57,722 bases of DNA. Origin: Acidimicrobiia bacterium. GTDB lineage: Bacteria; Actinomycetota; Acidimicrobiia; Spongiisociales; ZC4RG35. Shown here in pieces: positions 16,021 to 27,049 of the stretch; within the stretch, counting starts at the first letter, position 1, and each line of letters starts with the position of its first letter. The translations under genes were made by a program, and so were the position numbers. The DNA is taken from assembly GCA_035711995.1 (NCBI GenBank), contig DASTBQ010000110.1, positions 1 to 57,722 of the forward strand. The letters run 5' to 3'. The notes below the pieces were generated by a model that saw nothing but the letters and a program-made list of their open reading frames with translations, did not search any database and had not been told where the DNA came from.

Positions 16021-17012
16021 TGGCCGAGCCAATCGAACGCAACCTCGGTCTCGATCTGGTTCGTGTCACCGAGACTGCAGCACTCGCCGCCGCTCGCTGG
16101 CTGGGTCGCGGCGACAAGGAACGGGTGGACCAGGCGGCCGTCGACGGGATGCGGCTTCATTTGTCGACGATCGAGATCGACGGCCAAGTGATCATCGGGG
16201 AGGGCGAGAAGGACGAGGCCCCGATGCTTTTCAACGGTGAGAGAGTCGGGAACGGGACCGGGATGGTCGTCGATGTCGCCGTCGACCCGGTCGATGGAAC
16301 GACTCTCACTGCGGCGGGGCTGCCCAACGCGATAGCGGTGATCGCCCTCGCTGAGGGCAGAGGGTCGATGTACTCCCCGGGACCGTTCGTCTATATGGAC
16401 AAGATCGCGGTGGGCCCGGAGGCAGCAGGGACAATCGACCTCGAGGCTCCGGTCGGGCACAACCTCGCCCGGGTCGCAAAAGCCAACGGCAAGGAGATGA
16501 ACGACCTGAGGGTCCTGGTGCTCGACAGACCCCGAAACAAGCACTACGTCGATGCCGCCCGTGAGGCGGGTGCGCGGATATCGCTCTTCCGCGACGGTGA
16601 CGTGGCTGCCGCGATCGCCACGGCACAGGAAAGCCACGAAGCCGACATCATGATGGGCATCGGAGGTTCACCGGAGGCTGTGATCGCCGCCTCCGCGCTG
16701 GCTTGCGTCGACGGCGAGATCCAGTGCCGGCTCTGGCCCCGGGACGAGAAGGAGGCTGAGCAGGCGAGAGACATGGGCCGGGATCTCGATCAGGTCTTGA
16801 CGATCAGAGATCTCGTGAACTCCGACAACATCTTCTTCGCGGCAACCGGTGTCACCAACGGCGAGTTCCTCCGGGGTGTCAACTATCGGGGTGACGAACG
16901 GGCAGTCACTCACTCGGTGATCATGCGTTCCAAGACGGGTTCGATCAGGTACATGGATGCCGTCCACAACCTGGAACGTCTCCGTGCGATCTCATCGATC
17001 ACCGTGGACTGA
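16020..17012 (+). CDS. glpX: Fructose-1,6-bisphosphatase class II (GlpX)
   Basis: LVRVTEAAALAAARWLGRGDK..., VDPVDGTT and MGIGGSPE. The ATG overlaps the thiolase TGA. The 15366-16019 part of the ORF is a frame extension over the thiolase. Confidence 0.92.
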   Translation: MAEPIERNLGLDLVRVTETAALAAARWLGRGDKERVDQAAVDGMRLHLSTIEIDGQVIIGEGEKDEAPMLFNGERVGNGTGMVVDVAVDPVDGTTLTAAGLPNAIAVIALAEGRGSMYSPGPFVYMDKIAVGPEAAGTIDLEAPVGHNLARVAKANGKEMNDLRVLVLDRPRNKHYVDAAREAGARISLFRDGDVAAAIATAQESHEADIMMGIGGSPEAVIAASALACVDGEIQCRLWPRDEKEAEQARDMGRDLDQVLTIRDLVNSDNIFFAATGVTNGEFLRGVNYRGDERAVTHSVIMRSKTGSIRYMDAVHNLERLRAISSITVD

Positions 17013-17060
17013 TGGACTGACCTTCGAGTCAACCGGCCTCCCGTTGTGGAATCCGGGGCG

Positions 17061-17759
17061 CTATGCAGGTTCGATAGGAGAGGAGGCGTCGCTGGCTCTG
17101 GCAAAGGCCATGTCGACGGCATCGACCAGGGTCTCTGCGATGGGGACGCCTTCGCCTTCGAGCACCTCGAGATGATGGCTGCCCCCGTGGAACAGGATCG
17201 GCGTGGCGCCGACGTGGCGGGCAGCGGCCACGTCGTCGGGGGTATCGCCGACGACGACCGTCGACTTGCCGGGGATGCCTATATGGCGAAGATGATCCTC
17301 CAGGTATGCGGCCTTGAGACCACCTGTCATCTTCACCATCCCGTCGACACGCAGGAACCGGTCTGCAATCCCGAGACGGGCAACGATCCCGTCCAACCAA
17401 TTCTGGGGAGACATCGAGAGTAGCGACTGGGTCCAACCCCTCCCGTCGAGGAGATCCATCGCCTGCAGAGCATCTGGCGCCAGATCGACGTTCTCGGCTC
17501 GTCTGAAGTACTCGTCGTGGAACGCGGTGTCGAGCCGGAGCCACTCCTCGTCACTGATCTCTCGACCCAACAGTGAGACGTAGAAGTTCCGAACAGGCCG
17601 CGTGTAATGATCGCGGTAGTCGTCGGCCCTGATCGGCCTCGCTCCGAGTGTGGCAATGGAGACGCTCACCGATTCGACGACTATCTGCAGGTCGTCGAGC
17701 AAAGTCCCATTCCAATCCCATACCAGGTGTGTCAACACGAACTCTGAGAATAAGGCCAA
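17061..17759 (-). CDS. HAD-superfamily hydrolase (subfamily IA-like)
   Basis: Motif I is WDWNGTLLDD and motif IV is VVVGDTPDDV. TTG start assumed. Confidence 0.75.
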   Translation of the reverse strand: MALFSEFVLTHLVWDWNGTLLDDLQIVVESVSVSIATLGARPIRADDYRDHYTRPVRNFYVSLLGREISDEEWLRLDTAFHDEYFRRAENVDLAPDALQAMDLLDGRGWTQSLLSMSPQNWLDGIVARLGIADRFLRVDGMVKMTGGLKAAYLEDHLRHIGIPGKSTVVVGDTPDDVAAARHVGATPILFHGGSHHLEVLEGEGVPIAETLVDAVDMAFARASDASSPIEPA

Positions 17760-17867
17760 CAGACCGTCTCTCCCTGATCACCCTCGGTAGGGTGCCACCC
17801 ACTCTGCGAGGAGGAAGAGACGACAAGCGAACCGGCTAACAGAGAAGCAGGTCCTCTGTTCGGCGTC

Positions 17868-18425
17868 TTGCTCGCCTACCAGCGCTGGGCAGATGGTTTC
17901 TCCGAATGGACCGGGAAGATCGCTGCCTGGGCAGTGATACCGACCGTCATCGTCGGCTTCGTGAACGTGATCCTCCGTTACACCGGCGCCATCGTGGGTC
18001 GCCGTCTAACCAGCAACGCGGTCATCGAGGCCCAACTCTGGCTGTATGCGTCGATCTTCCTGCTCGGGTTTGCCTACGTACTGAAGCATCAGATCAACGT
18101 GAGGGTCGACTTCTGGTATGCCAACCAACCGGTGACCCGGCGGGCCTGGATCGACTTCGTAGGCAACTGGATAGCCCTGGTCCCGTTCTGTTTCATCGGG
18201 ATGTGGGTGTCGTTCCCGCAAGCGATGCAGTCGATACGGGTGGGAGAAGTGTCGGCCGACGCCCAGGGTCTGCCTCAAGGCCCGATCAAGCTCCTCCTTG
18301 CAATGTCGTTCCTCTTACTGCTGTTGCAGGCGATTTCAGAGCAGATCAAGCTCTACGCGGTGATCACCGGGCGGGGCGATCTCGTGCATCCCGACACGGT
18401 CCAGGAGCACATCCGGGTCGAATGA
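17868..18425 (+). CDS. TRAP transporter small permease (DctQ family)
   Basis: 185 aa with 4 TM helices, immediately upstream of and overlapping the DctM-type gene. TTG start. Confidence 0.75.
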   Translation: MLAYQRWADGFSEWTGKIAAWAVIPTVIVGFVNVILRYTGAIVGRRLTSNAVIEAQLWLYASIFLLGFAYVLKHQINVRVDFWYANQPVTRRAWIDFVGNWIALVPFCFIGMWVSFPQAMQSIRVGEVSADAQGLPQGPIKLLLAMSFLLLLLQAISEQIKLYAVITGRGDLVHPDTVQEHIRVE

Positions 18426-19810
18426 GCCTCGAACTCCTCGCCATCATCATGTTCGCCGTCTTCCTGGTGGTTATCCTGAGCGGCTACCCGGTCGCCTTCT
18501 CGTTCGCAGGCACGGCGATCGTTTTCTTTCTCCTCGGTGTGATCTTCGGCGATTTGGCGTTCCGGGAGCTGAATGTGCTCTTCAGCCAATGGTTCAGGAA
18601 CTCGGTCACAAACTTCACATTCCTGGCCATCCCATTCTTCGTGTTCATGGGGGCTGTCTTCGAGAAGTCCGGTCTGGCCGAGAAGCTCCTCACCACCATC
18701 GGTTACCTGATGGGCCCACTGCGCGGCGGGATGGCGGTGGCAGTTGTCTTCGTCGGGACCTTGCTGGCGGCGGCAACCGGCGTGGTCGCGGCGACCGTGA
18801 TCGTCATGGGAATCCTGGCCCTGCCGGTCATGGTGAAGTACGGCTACGACCACAAGCTGGCATCAGGAGTGATCGTCGCCTCCGGAACCCTGGCCCAGCT
18901 GATCCCACCGAGTCTGGTGTTGATAGTCCTCGCCCAGTTCCTCCCGATTTCTGTCGGCGAGCTGTTCGCAGGGGCTCTGATCCCGGGTGTGATGCTGGCC
19001 GCGATCTTCGCCCTCTATTCCGTTGTGATCGCCTACGTCCGACCGGGCACCGCACCCGCCATCCCCAAAGAAGAACGGAGCATGAGCGCAGGTCAGCTCG
19101 CTGTCGAGGCCTTGAAGGTGGTCGTCCCGCCGCTGGTCCTGGTCTTTGCGGTCCTCGGGTCGATCTTCGCCGGAATCGCGACCGCGTCGGAGGCCGGGGC
19201 GGTCGGCGCCGTGGGTGCGGTGCTCCTCGCCGTCGCCTATCGAACCTTCAACTGGAAGATCATCCTGCAGGCGGCTCGCACAACGGCAGATATCACAGGG
19301 CTGGTGCTCCAGATCCTCTTCGCCTCGACATTCTTCGCATTGGTGTTCAACCAGTTGAACGGTCAGGACCTGATCACCGACTGGCTGCTCGCGATACCGG
19401 GCGACCTCTGGGGTTTCATAATCGCCGCCAACATCATCGTGTTCCTGCTCGGGATCAACCTCGAGTTCCTGGAGATCTCGTTCATCGTGATGCCACTGTT
19501 CGTGCCGGCCGCACTCGAACTCGGGATCACGGGCCCTTTGCTCGTCTGGTTCGCGGTGATGATGGCCATCAACCTCAACATGGCGTTCATCTCACCGCCA
19601 GTTGGGTTCTCGTTGTTCTATCTGCAGTCGGTTGCGCCGCCCGAGGTCACGACAAGTGAGATCCACAGGGGCGCCTTGCCTTTCATGGCTTTGCAGGCAG
19701 TCGGTCTGATCCTGGTCATGATCTTCCCCGAAACCGTCACCTGGCTCGTCGACCAGTTCTTCGGGGACGAACCGCCGCCGATCGACAGCCTGGTGCGCTT
19801 GATCCTGTGA
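18422..19810 (+). CDS. TRAP transporter large permease (DctM family)
   Basis: About 460-aa polytopic protein. Start is [28 protein letters not shown], and its ATG overlaps the DctQ TGA. The 17906-18421 part of the ORF is a frame extension. Confidence 0.88.
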   Translation: MSLELLAIIMFAVFLVVILSGYPVAFSFAGTAIVFFLLGVIFGDLAFRELNVLFSQWFRNSVTNFTFLAIPFFVFMGAVFEKSGLAEKLLTTIGYLMGPLRGGMAVAVVFVGTLLAAATGVVAATVIVMGILALPVMVKYGYDHKLASGVIVASGTLAQLIPPSLVLIVLAQFLPISVGELFAGALIPGVMLAAIFALYSVVIAYVRPGTAPAIPKEERSMSAGQLAVEALKVVVPPLVLVFAVLGSIFAGIATASEAGAVGAVGAVLLAVAYRTFNWKIILQAARTTADITGLVLQILFASTFFALVFNQLNGQDLITDWLLAIPGDLWGFIIAANIIVFLLGINLEFLEISFIVMPLFVPAALELGITGPLLVWFAVMMAINLNMAFISPPVGFSLFYLQSVAPPEVTTSEIHRGALPFMALQAVGLILVMIFPETVTWLVDQFFGDEPPPIDSLVRLIL

Positions 19811-19814
19811 AATC

Positions 19815-19845
19815 GAAAGGGCCCCGCCGGCAGCGGGGCCCTTTC
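19815..19845. terminator. Bidirectional rho-independent-type hairpin
   Basis: GAAAGGGCCCCGC-cggca-GCGGGGCCCTTTC, a 13-bp perfect stem between convergent TRAP genes. Confidence 0.75.
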
Positions 19846-19859
19846 TGGGGTCAGCGACT

Positions 19860-21005
19860 TCAGCCTTGTTGGTTGGCGATGAAGTCGAGGTAGGAGGTCT
19901 CGGCGACCGCGAACCACGGCTGCACGAGATCCCGGAATGCACTCCAGTGCTCGTAGATCGAGGCGAAGTCGGCGTTGGCCGCGGCGTTGTCTTCGTTGAT
20001 CTGGTTCGCCGCATCCGCCGCCGCCTGCATGACATCGTCGGGATAGGGAAGAACCTGGACACCGGAGTTGACGATCTCCTGGAAGGCCTCCGGGTTCTGC
20101 GCGTCGTAGCGGGCCATCATCGTGGTGTTGGCCTCGAAGGCGGCCGTCTTGACGATCTCCTGATAGACCTCGGGCAGCTCATCCCACTTCGGAAGTGGGA
20201 TCTGCACTTCGAGTGTGGGCCCCGGCTCCCACCACCCCGGGTGGTAGTAGTACTGGGCGACGTCCTGAAAGCCGAGGACCAGGTCGTCATAGGGGCCAAC
20301 CCACTCGGCGGCGTCGATGGCACCTGTCTGCAGGTTCTGGAAGATCTCACCGCCGGGCAGCACCTGAACGGTGACGCCGAGGGCTGTCATCACCTGACCT
20401 CCCAGACCGGGAATCCTCATCCGCAGACCCTGGAGGTCGGCGAGACCGGTGACTTCGACGTTGAACCATCCCCCCATCTGCACACCGGTGTTGCCGGCGG
20501 GGAACTGGATGGCGTTGAAGCGCTCGGCATAGAACTCCTGCATCAACTCCAGCCCTCCTGCCTCGTAGAGCCATGCGTTGTTCTGCCTGGCGTTGAGGCC
20601 GAAGGGGATCGCGGTGCCGAAGGCGGTGGTCGGGTCGAGGTTGACGTAGTAGTAGGAAGCCGTGTGCCCGCCGTCGATCGAGTTGGTCTCCACGTTCTGG
20701 AGGATCTCCAGGGCAGGAACCACTTCACCCGCAGGTTGGGCAGTGATCATGAATTTGCCACCGGTCATCGCGGCAACACGATCGGCGAATGTGGTTGCTC
20801 CGCCGTAGATAGTGTCGAGTGAAGTGGGCCAACTCGTCGCGATCTCCCACTCGATCTCGGGAAGGCTCTCGTCGCCGGCAGCCTCATCCACATCGGGGTC
20901 GCCTGACGAGCACGCTGCGAGCGCCGCTGCTCCCAACGCGCCCATCGACGCCATCTTCAGGAATTGCCGCCGCTCCATCATCCGGGCGTATTGCTGCTTG
21001 TTCAT
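19860..21005 (-). CDS. TRAP transporter substrate-binding lipoprotein (DctP family) with Tat signal
   Basis: RRQFLK twin-arginine motif plus LAAC lipobox. Mature-domain length is typical of DctP. GGAAGGAGG SD is upstream. Confidence 0.85.
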   Translation of the reverse strand: MNKQQYARMMERRQFLKMASMGALGAAALAACSSGDPDVDEAAGDESLPEIEWEIATSWPTSLDTIYGGATTFADRVAAMTGGKFMITAQPAGEVVPALEILQNVETNSIDGGHTASYYYVNLDPTTAFGTAIPFGLNARQNNAWLYEAGGLELMQEFYAERFNAIQFPAGNTGVQMGGWFNVEVTGLADLQGLRMRIPGLGGQVMTALGVTVQVLPGGEIFQNLQTGAIDAAEWVGPYDDLVLGFQDVAQYYYHPGWWEPGPTLEVQIPLPKWDELPEVYQEIVKTAAFEANTTMMARYDAQNPEAFQEIVNSGVQVLPYPDDVMQAAADAANQINEDNAAANADFASIYEHWSAFRDLVQPWFAVAETSYLDFIANQQG

Positions 21006-21096
21006 GATCCTCCTTCCAAGCAGGGCAAAACCACAGTACGCGGGTGGAGTGTTGTCGTGCCGGATGCAACGGGGGTTTGTCGTCTCCAGGTTGCGG

Positions 21097-21693
21097 TCAG
21101 AGTTCGGATCGGCCGGTGAGAGCCCTGCCCAGGGTCAACTCGTCGGCGTAGTCGAGGTCGCCCCCCACCGGGAGACCGGAGGCGAGACGGGTGACCAGGA
21201 GACCCAAAGGCTTGAACTCCCGAGCGATGTACATCGCAGTCGCATCACCCTCGACAGTCGGGTTCGTCGCGACGATCAACTCACGGATCCCTTCGGGCTC
21301 GAGCCGGCCCCGCAGCTCCTCGAAACGGAGCTGGGCGGGCCCGATGCCGTTGATCGGTGAGAGGGAGCCACCCAGCACGTGATATCTCCCACGGAACTCC
21401 TGGGTCCTTTCCACCACGACGATGTCCTGTGGCCTTTCGACGACACATACGACGCTCTCGTCGCGACGGGTGTCACGACAGATGGCACAGAACTCGCCTG
21501 CTGCGACGTTGTAACACCGTGCGCACAAAGTGACCTGGTCGCGCATGTCGGTGATGGCGGTGGCGAGACGACGGGCGTCGGTCTCCTCGACTGTAAGAAG
21601 GTGGAAGGCAAGTCGTTGCGCCGACTTTCCCCCGATGCCGGGGAGCCGGCTCAGCTCATCGATCAGACGTTGAACGGGACCTTCGAACATCAA
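21097..21693 (-). CDS. recR: Recombination protein RecR
   Basis: [16 protein letters not shown] HhH motif, CxxC...CxxC zinc finger (CARCYN...CAIC) and a Toprim region. Confidence 0.95.
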   Translation of the reverse strand: MMFEGPVQRLIDELSRLPGIGGKSAQRLAFHLLTVEETDARRLATAITDMRDQVTLCARCYNVAAGEFCAICRDTRRDESVVCVVERPQDIVVVERTQEFRGRYHVLGGSLSPINGIGPAQLRFEELRGRLEPEGIRELIVATNPTVEGDATAMYIAREFKPLGLLVTRLASGLPVGGDLDYADELTLGRALTGRSEL

Positions 21694-22007
21694 CCGAGGA
21701 GGCCCCCGAGACCACCAGTGAGCCCGCCGAGTTCCTCGTTCGTGGTTCGCACTGCCTCGTCCATGGCATGACGGACGGCTGCAACCACGAGGTCTTCGAG
21801 CATCTCGATGTCGTCGGGGTCGACGACATCGGGGGAGATCTTGATCTCGACCAACTCCGGAGCTCCCGTCACGACCGCGGTGACGACTCCGCCGCCAGCC
21901 GAACCCTGGAAGCGGCGCTCGGCGAGCTCGGCCTGGGTCTTGGCGAGCTGTTCCTGCATCTGCTGCGCCTGTTTCATGATCTGACGCATGTCGGGCTGAC
22001 GATTCAT
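21690..22007 (-). CDS. ybaB: Nucleoid-associated protein YbaB/EbfC
   Basis: [22 protein letters not shown]...[11 protein letters not shown]. Start trimmed to ATG 22005-22007, downstream of the dnaX stop. Confidence 0.92.
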   Translation of the reverse strand: MNRQPDMRQIMKQAQQMQEQLAKTQAELAERRFQGSAGGGVVTAVVTGAPELVEIKISPDVVDPDDIEMLEDLVVAAVRHAMDEAVRTTNEELGGLTGGLGGLLG

Positions 22008-22047
22008 GGGAGCAAGGGTACCGGGTAATGGGTGGGCGGTATCGGGA

Positions 22048-23775
22048 CTAGGTGTCCTCGATGACTGTGGCACCGAGTTCTGCCTGGAGAAGGGTGGCGG
22101 GGTCGCGGTCCTGATCGGGGCGTTCCTCGAGCTGGGTGAGGTCGACTCCTTCTTCGTCGTCACCCGAACCGACGTCGGACTTCAGTCTGAACTTGACCTT
22201 CACCGGACCACCGAGAAGATCACTCGCCTTGGCTGCGACGATCGGAGCCACAGCATCGTCCTGTTCCAGCGAGGTGAGGTGGAAGTCGTGGGCCACCTCG
22301 AGGATGATCGTGTTGCCCTCAACCGCACCGGGCACTGCCTCCCTGAAGAATGCCCACCGTCTCGCGCCGAGCAAGTCGCGCAGCCCGCCGAACAGACCAG
22401 GCCACACTTTCTGCAGTTGATCGAAACTGATGTCGATCCTGGGGGCATCCTCGGCAGGAGCCTCTTCACTGATCAACGGTGCAGCCGCCCTTGTCAGCTC
22501 GTCGGTGTCGTTTGCTGCCGGTTGGTCCTGAGCGGGTGATACGGCTGGATTCTCCTCGGGTTCGACTGCCCGAGCCATCGGCACCGGGACAGCAGGCCCC
22601 GGCTTGTCGAGACGTCGCTCCAGACGATCCATCCGCGAGATGAGAGCCGCCGGATCGGTTGCGGTCTCGGGCCGGGTCAGCTTGATGATCGCCAACTCCG
22701 TCATCAGACGCTCTTCGCGTCCCTCACGAAGTCTCACCAGGGCATCGGAGAGGAGATCGACGGCGCGCAAAACATCAGATGAGGTGACCATCTCCGCTGC
22801 CTTCTGCCACGATTCGTAGACCTCGGGCGGTTCGTCAGCGATCTCGGCGAGGTTCGGTGCGTAATGGGCGAGGAACACGCCACGGAAGAAGCCGATGCTC
22901 TCCGATACGAAGCGGCGCAGGTCGACTCCTGACGCCGCCAGCTCGGCGATCAACTCGAGACCGTCGCGAGCATCCTGATTTGCAATTGCTCCGGCGAGTC
23001 GGGCGAATGCCTCGGAATCGGCCAATCCGAGTGCTCGTCGCACTCCGGCAACGTCGGCAGTTCCTGACCCGAGGGCGGCCACCTGTTCGAGAAGGGACAG
23101 TGAGTCGCGGACCGACCCGCCGGCGTGACGGGCTATAGCTATGAGGGCGGTGGGGTCTGTCTCGTAGCTCTCCCGCTCCGCGATGGCACTGAGATAGCCG
23201 GCCAATTCCTCGACCGGGACCGGGTGGAAGTCGAAACGCTGAGTGCGGCTCCGGATCGTGTCGAGCAGTTTGTATGGCTCGGTGGTCGCGAGGACGAAGT
23301 GGACGTGCTCCGGCGGCTCTTCCAACGTCTTCAGAAGGGCGTTGCCCGCAGCCTTCGAGAGCATGTGTGCTTCGTCGAGGACGAATACACGTTTCGACGT
23401 AGCTGCCGAGGCGACAGTCGTGACACTCAGCTTTATGTCACGGATGTCATCGACCGAGTTGTGAGAGGCGGCGTCCAACTCCATGACGTCGAGACTGTTC
23501 CCTTCGGTGATCGAGACACAGCTGCCGCACACGTTGCACGGGGACCCGTCCGCGTTGCGGTTCTCGCAGTTCAGGGCTTTGGCGAGGATGCGAGCGGTGG
23601 TGGTCTTGCCCGTCCCTCTCGGACCGGTGAACAGGTATGCATGGGCGACCCGGCCATCGGCGACCTCCCGCGACAGTGTGGTCGTCACATGCGCCTGACC
23701 GATCACGTCGTCGAAGGTCTGCGGCCGATATCTGCGATAGAGAGCCTGGTATTGCAAGTGACCCCCACCGTACAA
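22048..23775 (-). CDS. dnaX: DNA polymerase III subunit gamma/tau
   Basis: YRRYRPQTFDDVIGQ, GPRGTGKTT, zinc module CxxCxxC (CNVCGSC) and VFVLDEAHML. The exact start is uncertain. Confidence 0.93.
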   Translation of the reverse strand: MYGGGHLQYQALYRRYRPQTFDDVIGQAHVTTTLSREVADGRVAHAYLFTGPRGTGKTTTARILAKALNCENRNADGSPCNVCGSCVSITEGNSLDVMELDAASHNSVDDIRDIKLSVTTVASAATSKRVFVLDEAHMLSKAAGNALLKTLEEPPEHVHFVLATTEPYKLLDTIRSRTQRFDFHPVPVEELAGYLSAIAERESYETDPTALIAIARHAGGSVRDSLSLLEQVAALGSGTADVAGVRRALGLADSEAFARLAGAIANQDARDGLELIAELAASGVDLRRFVSESIGFFRGVFLAHYAPNLAEIADEPPEVYESWQKAAEMVTSSDVLRAVDLLSDALVRLREGREERLMTELAIIKLTRPETATDPAALISRMDRLERRLDKPGPAVPVPMARAVEPEENPAVSPAQDQPAANDTDELTRAAAPLISEEAPAEDAPRIDISFDQLQKVWPGLFGGLRDLLGARRWAFFREAVPGAVEGNTIILEVAHDFHLTSLEQDDAVAPIVAAKASDLLGGPVKVKFRLKSDVGSGDDEEGVDLTQLEERPDQDRDPATLLQAELGATVIEDT

Positions 23776-23852
23776 CCGTGGAGTGACTCATTTCACACCG
23801 AAGCAAAGCGCAAGGTTCATTTATCCACCACACGCGTCGATACTCTTCGACA

Positions 23853-24665
23853 GTGACCCAGTCCCTCGCCGACGACACAACGCTCGATCACGCCCCCACC
23901 ACACCAGCTGTGTGGGCCCGTGGACTGGTTCGGGAGTTCGGAAGGACACGCGCCGTTGACGGGGTCGACCTCGACATCATGCCCGGAGAGTTCTACGGGC
24001 TTCTCGGTCAGAACGGCGCTGGCAAGACCACCACTATCAAATGCATCGTCGGCCTGCTTCGCCCCACGGCAGGCACGGTCGGGATCGCAACATTCGACAC
24101 GTGGAACTCGCCCACCGAGGTGAAGTCTCGAATCGGAGTTCTCCCCGAGGAGTTCAACCTCTATGAGCGTCTCACCGGCGCCGAGCTCCTCGACTTCACG
24201 GCTGCAATGCATGGTCTCGAGCGCGAGGAGGCTATGAAGCGACGAGGCGAATTGCTGGAGATGCTCGACCTGGAAGGCGCCGGATCCAAACTCATCGGCG
24301 ACTACTCCAGGGGAATGCGAAAGAAGGTGGCCCTCGGTGCGGCCATCATCCACCGCCCGCCGGTCCTCTTCCTGGACGAGCCGTTCGAAGGCGTTGACGC
24401 AGTGTCGGCCCGTCTCATCAGGAACCTCCTCCAGCAGGCGGCCGCTGGCGGCACCACGATCGTCTTCTCCTCACACGAGATGCACCTCGTGGAGAAGCTG
24501 TGCACCCGGATCGGGATCATGGTCGATGGCCGACTGACCATCGAAGAGACACCTGAAGGTCTCTGCCGGGTGACCGGCAAGGACAACATAGAAGACGCAT
24601 TCATCGCCGCAGTAGGTGGCGAAGACATCGGTCAACTCTCGTGGTACGAAACCTCGTCGGACTGA
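23853..24665 (+). CDS. ABC transporter ATP-binding protein (ABC-2 exporter type)
   Basis: GQNGAGKTT, YSRGMRKK and LFLDEPFEGVD. GTG start. Confidence 0.9.
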   Translation: MTQSLADDTTLDHAPTTPAVWARGLVREFGRTRAVDGVDLDIMPGEFYGLLGQNGAGKTTTIKCIVGLLRPTAGTVGIATFDTWNSPTEVKSRIGVLPEEFNLYERLTGAELLDFTAAMHGLEREEAMKRRGELLEMLDLEGAGSKLIGDYSRGMRKKVALGAAIIHRPPVLFLDEPFEGVDAVSARLIRNLLQQAAAGGTTIVFSSHEMHLVEKLCTRIGIMVDGRLTIEETPEGLCRVTGKDNIEDAFIAAVGGEDIGQLSWYETSSD

Positions 24666-26236
24666 AGGCTCGGCTCACCTGGAACGGCGTCCGCACCGAC
24701 GCCCAACGACGTTTCGGGTTCCCCGTGGCCACCGTTCTCCTCGGCTGGGCCGGCTGGTGGCTGGCTTCCGGACTCGTAGACGCCGCCGCCACACTCGAAG
24801 CGGAGGCATTGGCAAATTTCCTCGGATGGGCGGCCTTCCTCTTCTTCGCTGGCTGGGTGACGTTGCCTGTGATCATTTTCCCCCTCGACGAGAACCTCGA
24901 CCCCCAGCAGCTCGCGGTGCTGCCCATCACACATCGCCAGATGGTGACGGGCCTTGCAGCTGCCAGCTTCGTTGCGCCGGCGACCATCGTCCCGATCCTG
25001 GTTCTGGGGGCCAACGCCTCGATCCTGTCCGCCGGTTGGTGGATGGTCGTTCCCGCATCGCTGGTGTTCGCGGCACTGCTGGCGGTCGGATCACAGCTCT
25101 TCTCGGCGGCGGTCTCGGCGATCCTGCGCACACGGAGAGGTCGTGACATCGCGACGTTCCTCATCCTCGGGCTGGCCGCTGGATCGTTTTTCGTATACAG
25201 ATCGATATCGGAGACGATCGACGAAACCGGTCTCACCACAGCGGTTCTCGAGAATCCCATCCTCGACTTCTCCTGGCTCCTGCCCCCTGTTGCCGCGCAA
25301 CGCGCCATCATCGAGGCCGCCTCAGGAAACCCGGTCGCCGCAATAGGCCAGCTGACCGCGGCTGTCGTCGGCTTGTTGCTGCTCGCCTTCCTCTGGAAAC
25401 GGCTGCTGGGATGGATGCTCACCACCCCCGCGGAAGGCAGCAAGCCTGCGGCCCGTGCCAGACGAAGCGGATTCACCTCGGGACTCTGGGGTGTCATCCC
25501 CACCCTGGCGCGAAAGGAACTTCGCTTCTACGTACGTGACCCACGTCAGAGACTGGTGTGGACGGGCACCGTGATCTTCGTCGGGCTAGCGGTGGCAGGG
25601 ACGATCATGGGAACGACGGGGCTCTTCGACATCCGTGACAGCGAATGGGCGCCTCTGCTCGCCCCGGTGCTGGTCTTGTTCGTCGGTCTCCCCATCGCGC
25701 TCAACCTCTTCGGCTGGGAGCGCAATGCAGCGAGCTATCTCTTCGTGCTCCCGGCAACTCCCCGGCAACTCCTTGTCGGAAAGAACGTTGCGGTGGCGAC
25801 AGCCCTCGTCATCGAGACCACGATCATGGCTGTGTTTCTCTCGGTGTTCACCGGGTTCTGGGGCTGGACGTGGCTGGTCTTCCCACTCATGATCTCAGCG
25901 ATCGGCTGTCAGCTCGCGGTCGGCAACTTCGTGTCGGTTCTCACCCCGCTCCGCCTGCCCAGAGAAGGGACTGACGTGTTTGCCCAGTCGACCGAGCAGG
26001 GCTGTCTCGCGATAGTCAGCCAGACGATCTCCTTCTTCACGATCGGGCTCCTCCTCGTGATCCCGGCGTCGATCGTGGCGCTCACGGTCTCGTTCAGTCA
26101 GGTGGTCCCGCCCTGGTTCACCGCTTCGGCCGCAATCGTCTGGGGGCTGATCGTCTATTCGATCTCCCTCTGGTTGTCCTCGAAATTGCTTCGTCGCAGG
26201 CTTCCCGAAGTCATGGCCTGGGTACAGGTGGTCTGA
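24641..26236 (+). CDS. Large ABC-2-type transporter permease
   Basis: 531-aa protein with many hydrophobic helices. It overlaps the ATPase gene end by 25 nt. Confidence 0.7.
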   Translation: MVRNLVGLKARLTWNGVRTDAQRRFGFPVATVLLGWAGWWLASGLVDAAATLEAEALANFLGWAAFLFFAGWVTLPVIIFPLDENLDPQQLAVLPITHRQMVTGLAAASFVAPATIVPILVLGANASILSAGWWMVVPASLVFAALLAVGSQLFSAAVSAILRTRRGRDIATFLILGLAAGSFFVYRSISETIDETGLTTAVLENPILDFSWLLPPVAAQRAIIEAASGNPVAAIGQLTAAVVGLLLLAFLWKRLLGWMLTTPAEGSKPAARARRSGFTSGLWGVIPTLARKELRFYVRDPRQRLVWTGTVIFVGLAVAGTIMGTTGLFDIRDSEWAPLLAPVLVLFVGLPIALNLFGWERNAASYLFVLPATPRQLLVGKNVAVATALVIETTIMAVFLSVFTGFWGWTWLVFPLMISAIGCQLAVGNFVSVLTPLRLPREGTDVFAQSTEQGCLAIVSQTISFFTIGLLLVIPASIVALTVSFSQVVPPWFTASAAIVWGLIVYSISLWLSSKLLRRRLPEVMAWVQVV

Positions 26237-26299
26237 CCCTCATCTCCGGATTCCAACCGGCCAATAGGTTCTTAGGGGTCAAAACAGGAGGACCCCGCC

Positions 26300-27049
26300 A
26301 TGACCACCCTCGCCCCCCAAGTCGAAGAAACATGCACTCAGGACATCTGGGACTTCAGTGATCTCCGTGCCCTGTTCATCAACACAACTCTGAAGAAGTC
26401 ACCAGAGATTTCCCATACCCAGGGGGTGATGGACATCTCGATTGAGATCATGCGGCGACAAGGGGTCACCGTGGACACGCTTCGCGCCGTGGACCACGGC
26501 ATAGCTGCCGGCCTCTGGCCAGACATGACCGATCACGGCTGGGAGGAGGACGATTGGCCCGCCATCTTCGAGCGGGTGAAGGCGTCCGACATCCTGGTGA
26601 TCGGCACACTCATCTGGCTCGGTGAGAAGTCATCTCAGTGCACCAAGATCGTCGAGCGTCTGTACAGCAACTCAGGCGACCTCAACGAGGAGGGGCAGTA
26701 CGTCTACTACGGACGGGTAGCGGGTTGCATCGTCACCGGGAACGAAGACGGGTTGAAGCATTGTGCCGCGGGGGTTCTGTTCGGTCTGCAGCACATCGGC
26801 TTCACGATCCCTCCACAGGCGGACGCGGGCTGGATTGGCGAGGCAGGCCCCGGGCCGTCTTATCTGGACGAGGACTCCGGGGGGCCCGAGAACGACTTCA
26901 CCAACCGGCACACGACTTTCCTGACGTGGAACCTGCTCCACATGGCTCGGATTCTCAACGACGCCGGAGGCATCCCCGCCCATGGGAACCAGAGGTCGAA
27001 GTGGGAGGCGGGTTGCAGATTCGACTTCCCCAACCCGGAGCACCGCTAG
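26300..27049 (+). CDS. Flavodoxin-like / NAD(P)H-dependent FMN reductase family protein
   Basis: ALFINTTLKKSP...SHT (FMN phosphate loop-like), ILVIGTLIWLG and GNEDG. AGGAGG SD. Confidence 0.65.
   Translation: MTTLAPQVEETCTQDIWDFSDLRALFINTTLKKSPEISHTQGVMDISIEIMRRQGVTVDTLRAVDHGIAAGLWPDMTDHGWEEDDWPAIFERVKASDILVIGTLIWLGEKSSQCTKIVERLYSNSGDLNEEGQYVYYGRVAGCIVTGNEDGLKHCAAGVLFGLQHIGFTIPPQADAGWIGEAGPGPSYLDEDSGGPENDFTNRHTTFLTWNLLHMARILNDAGGIPAHGNQRSKWEAGCRFDFPNPEHR

Noticed and set aside
22048-23775. Programmed -1 frameshift site (A AAA AAG-like) in dnaX producing gamma.
   Set aside because: No slippery heptamer of that type was seen on the coding strand. This was not verified exhaustively.
23776-23852. 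SRP RNA (ffs), which often sits upstream of dnaX in Actinobacteria.
   Set aside because: The gap is only 77 nt and I could not see the conserved SRP domain IV motifs on either strand. ffs is probably elsewhere.
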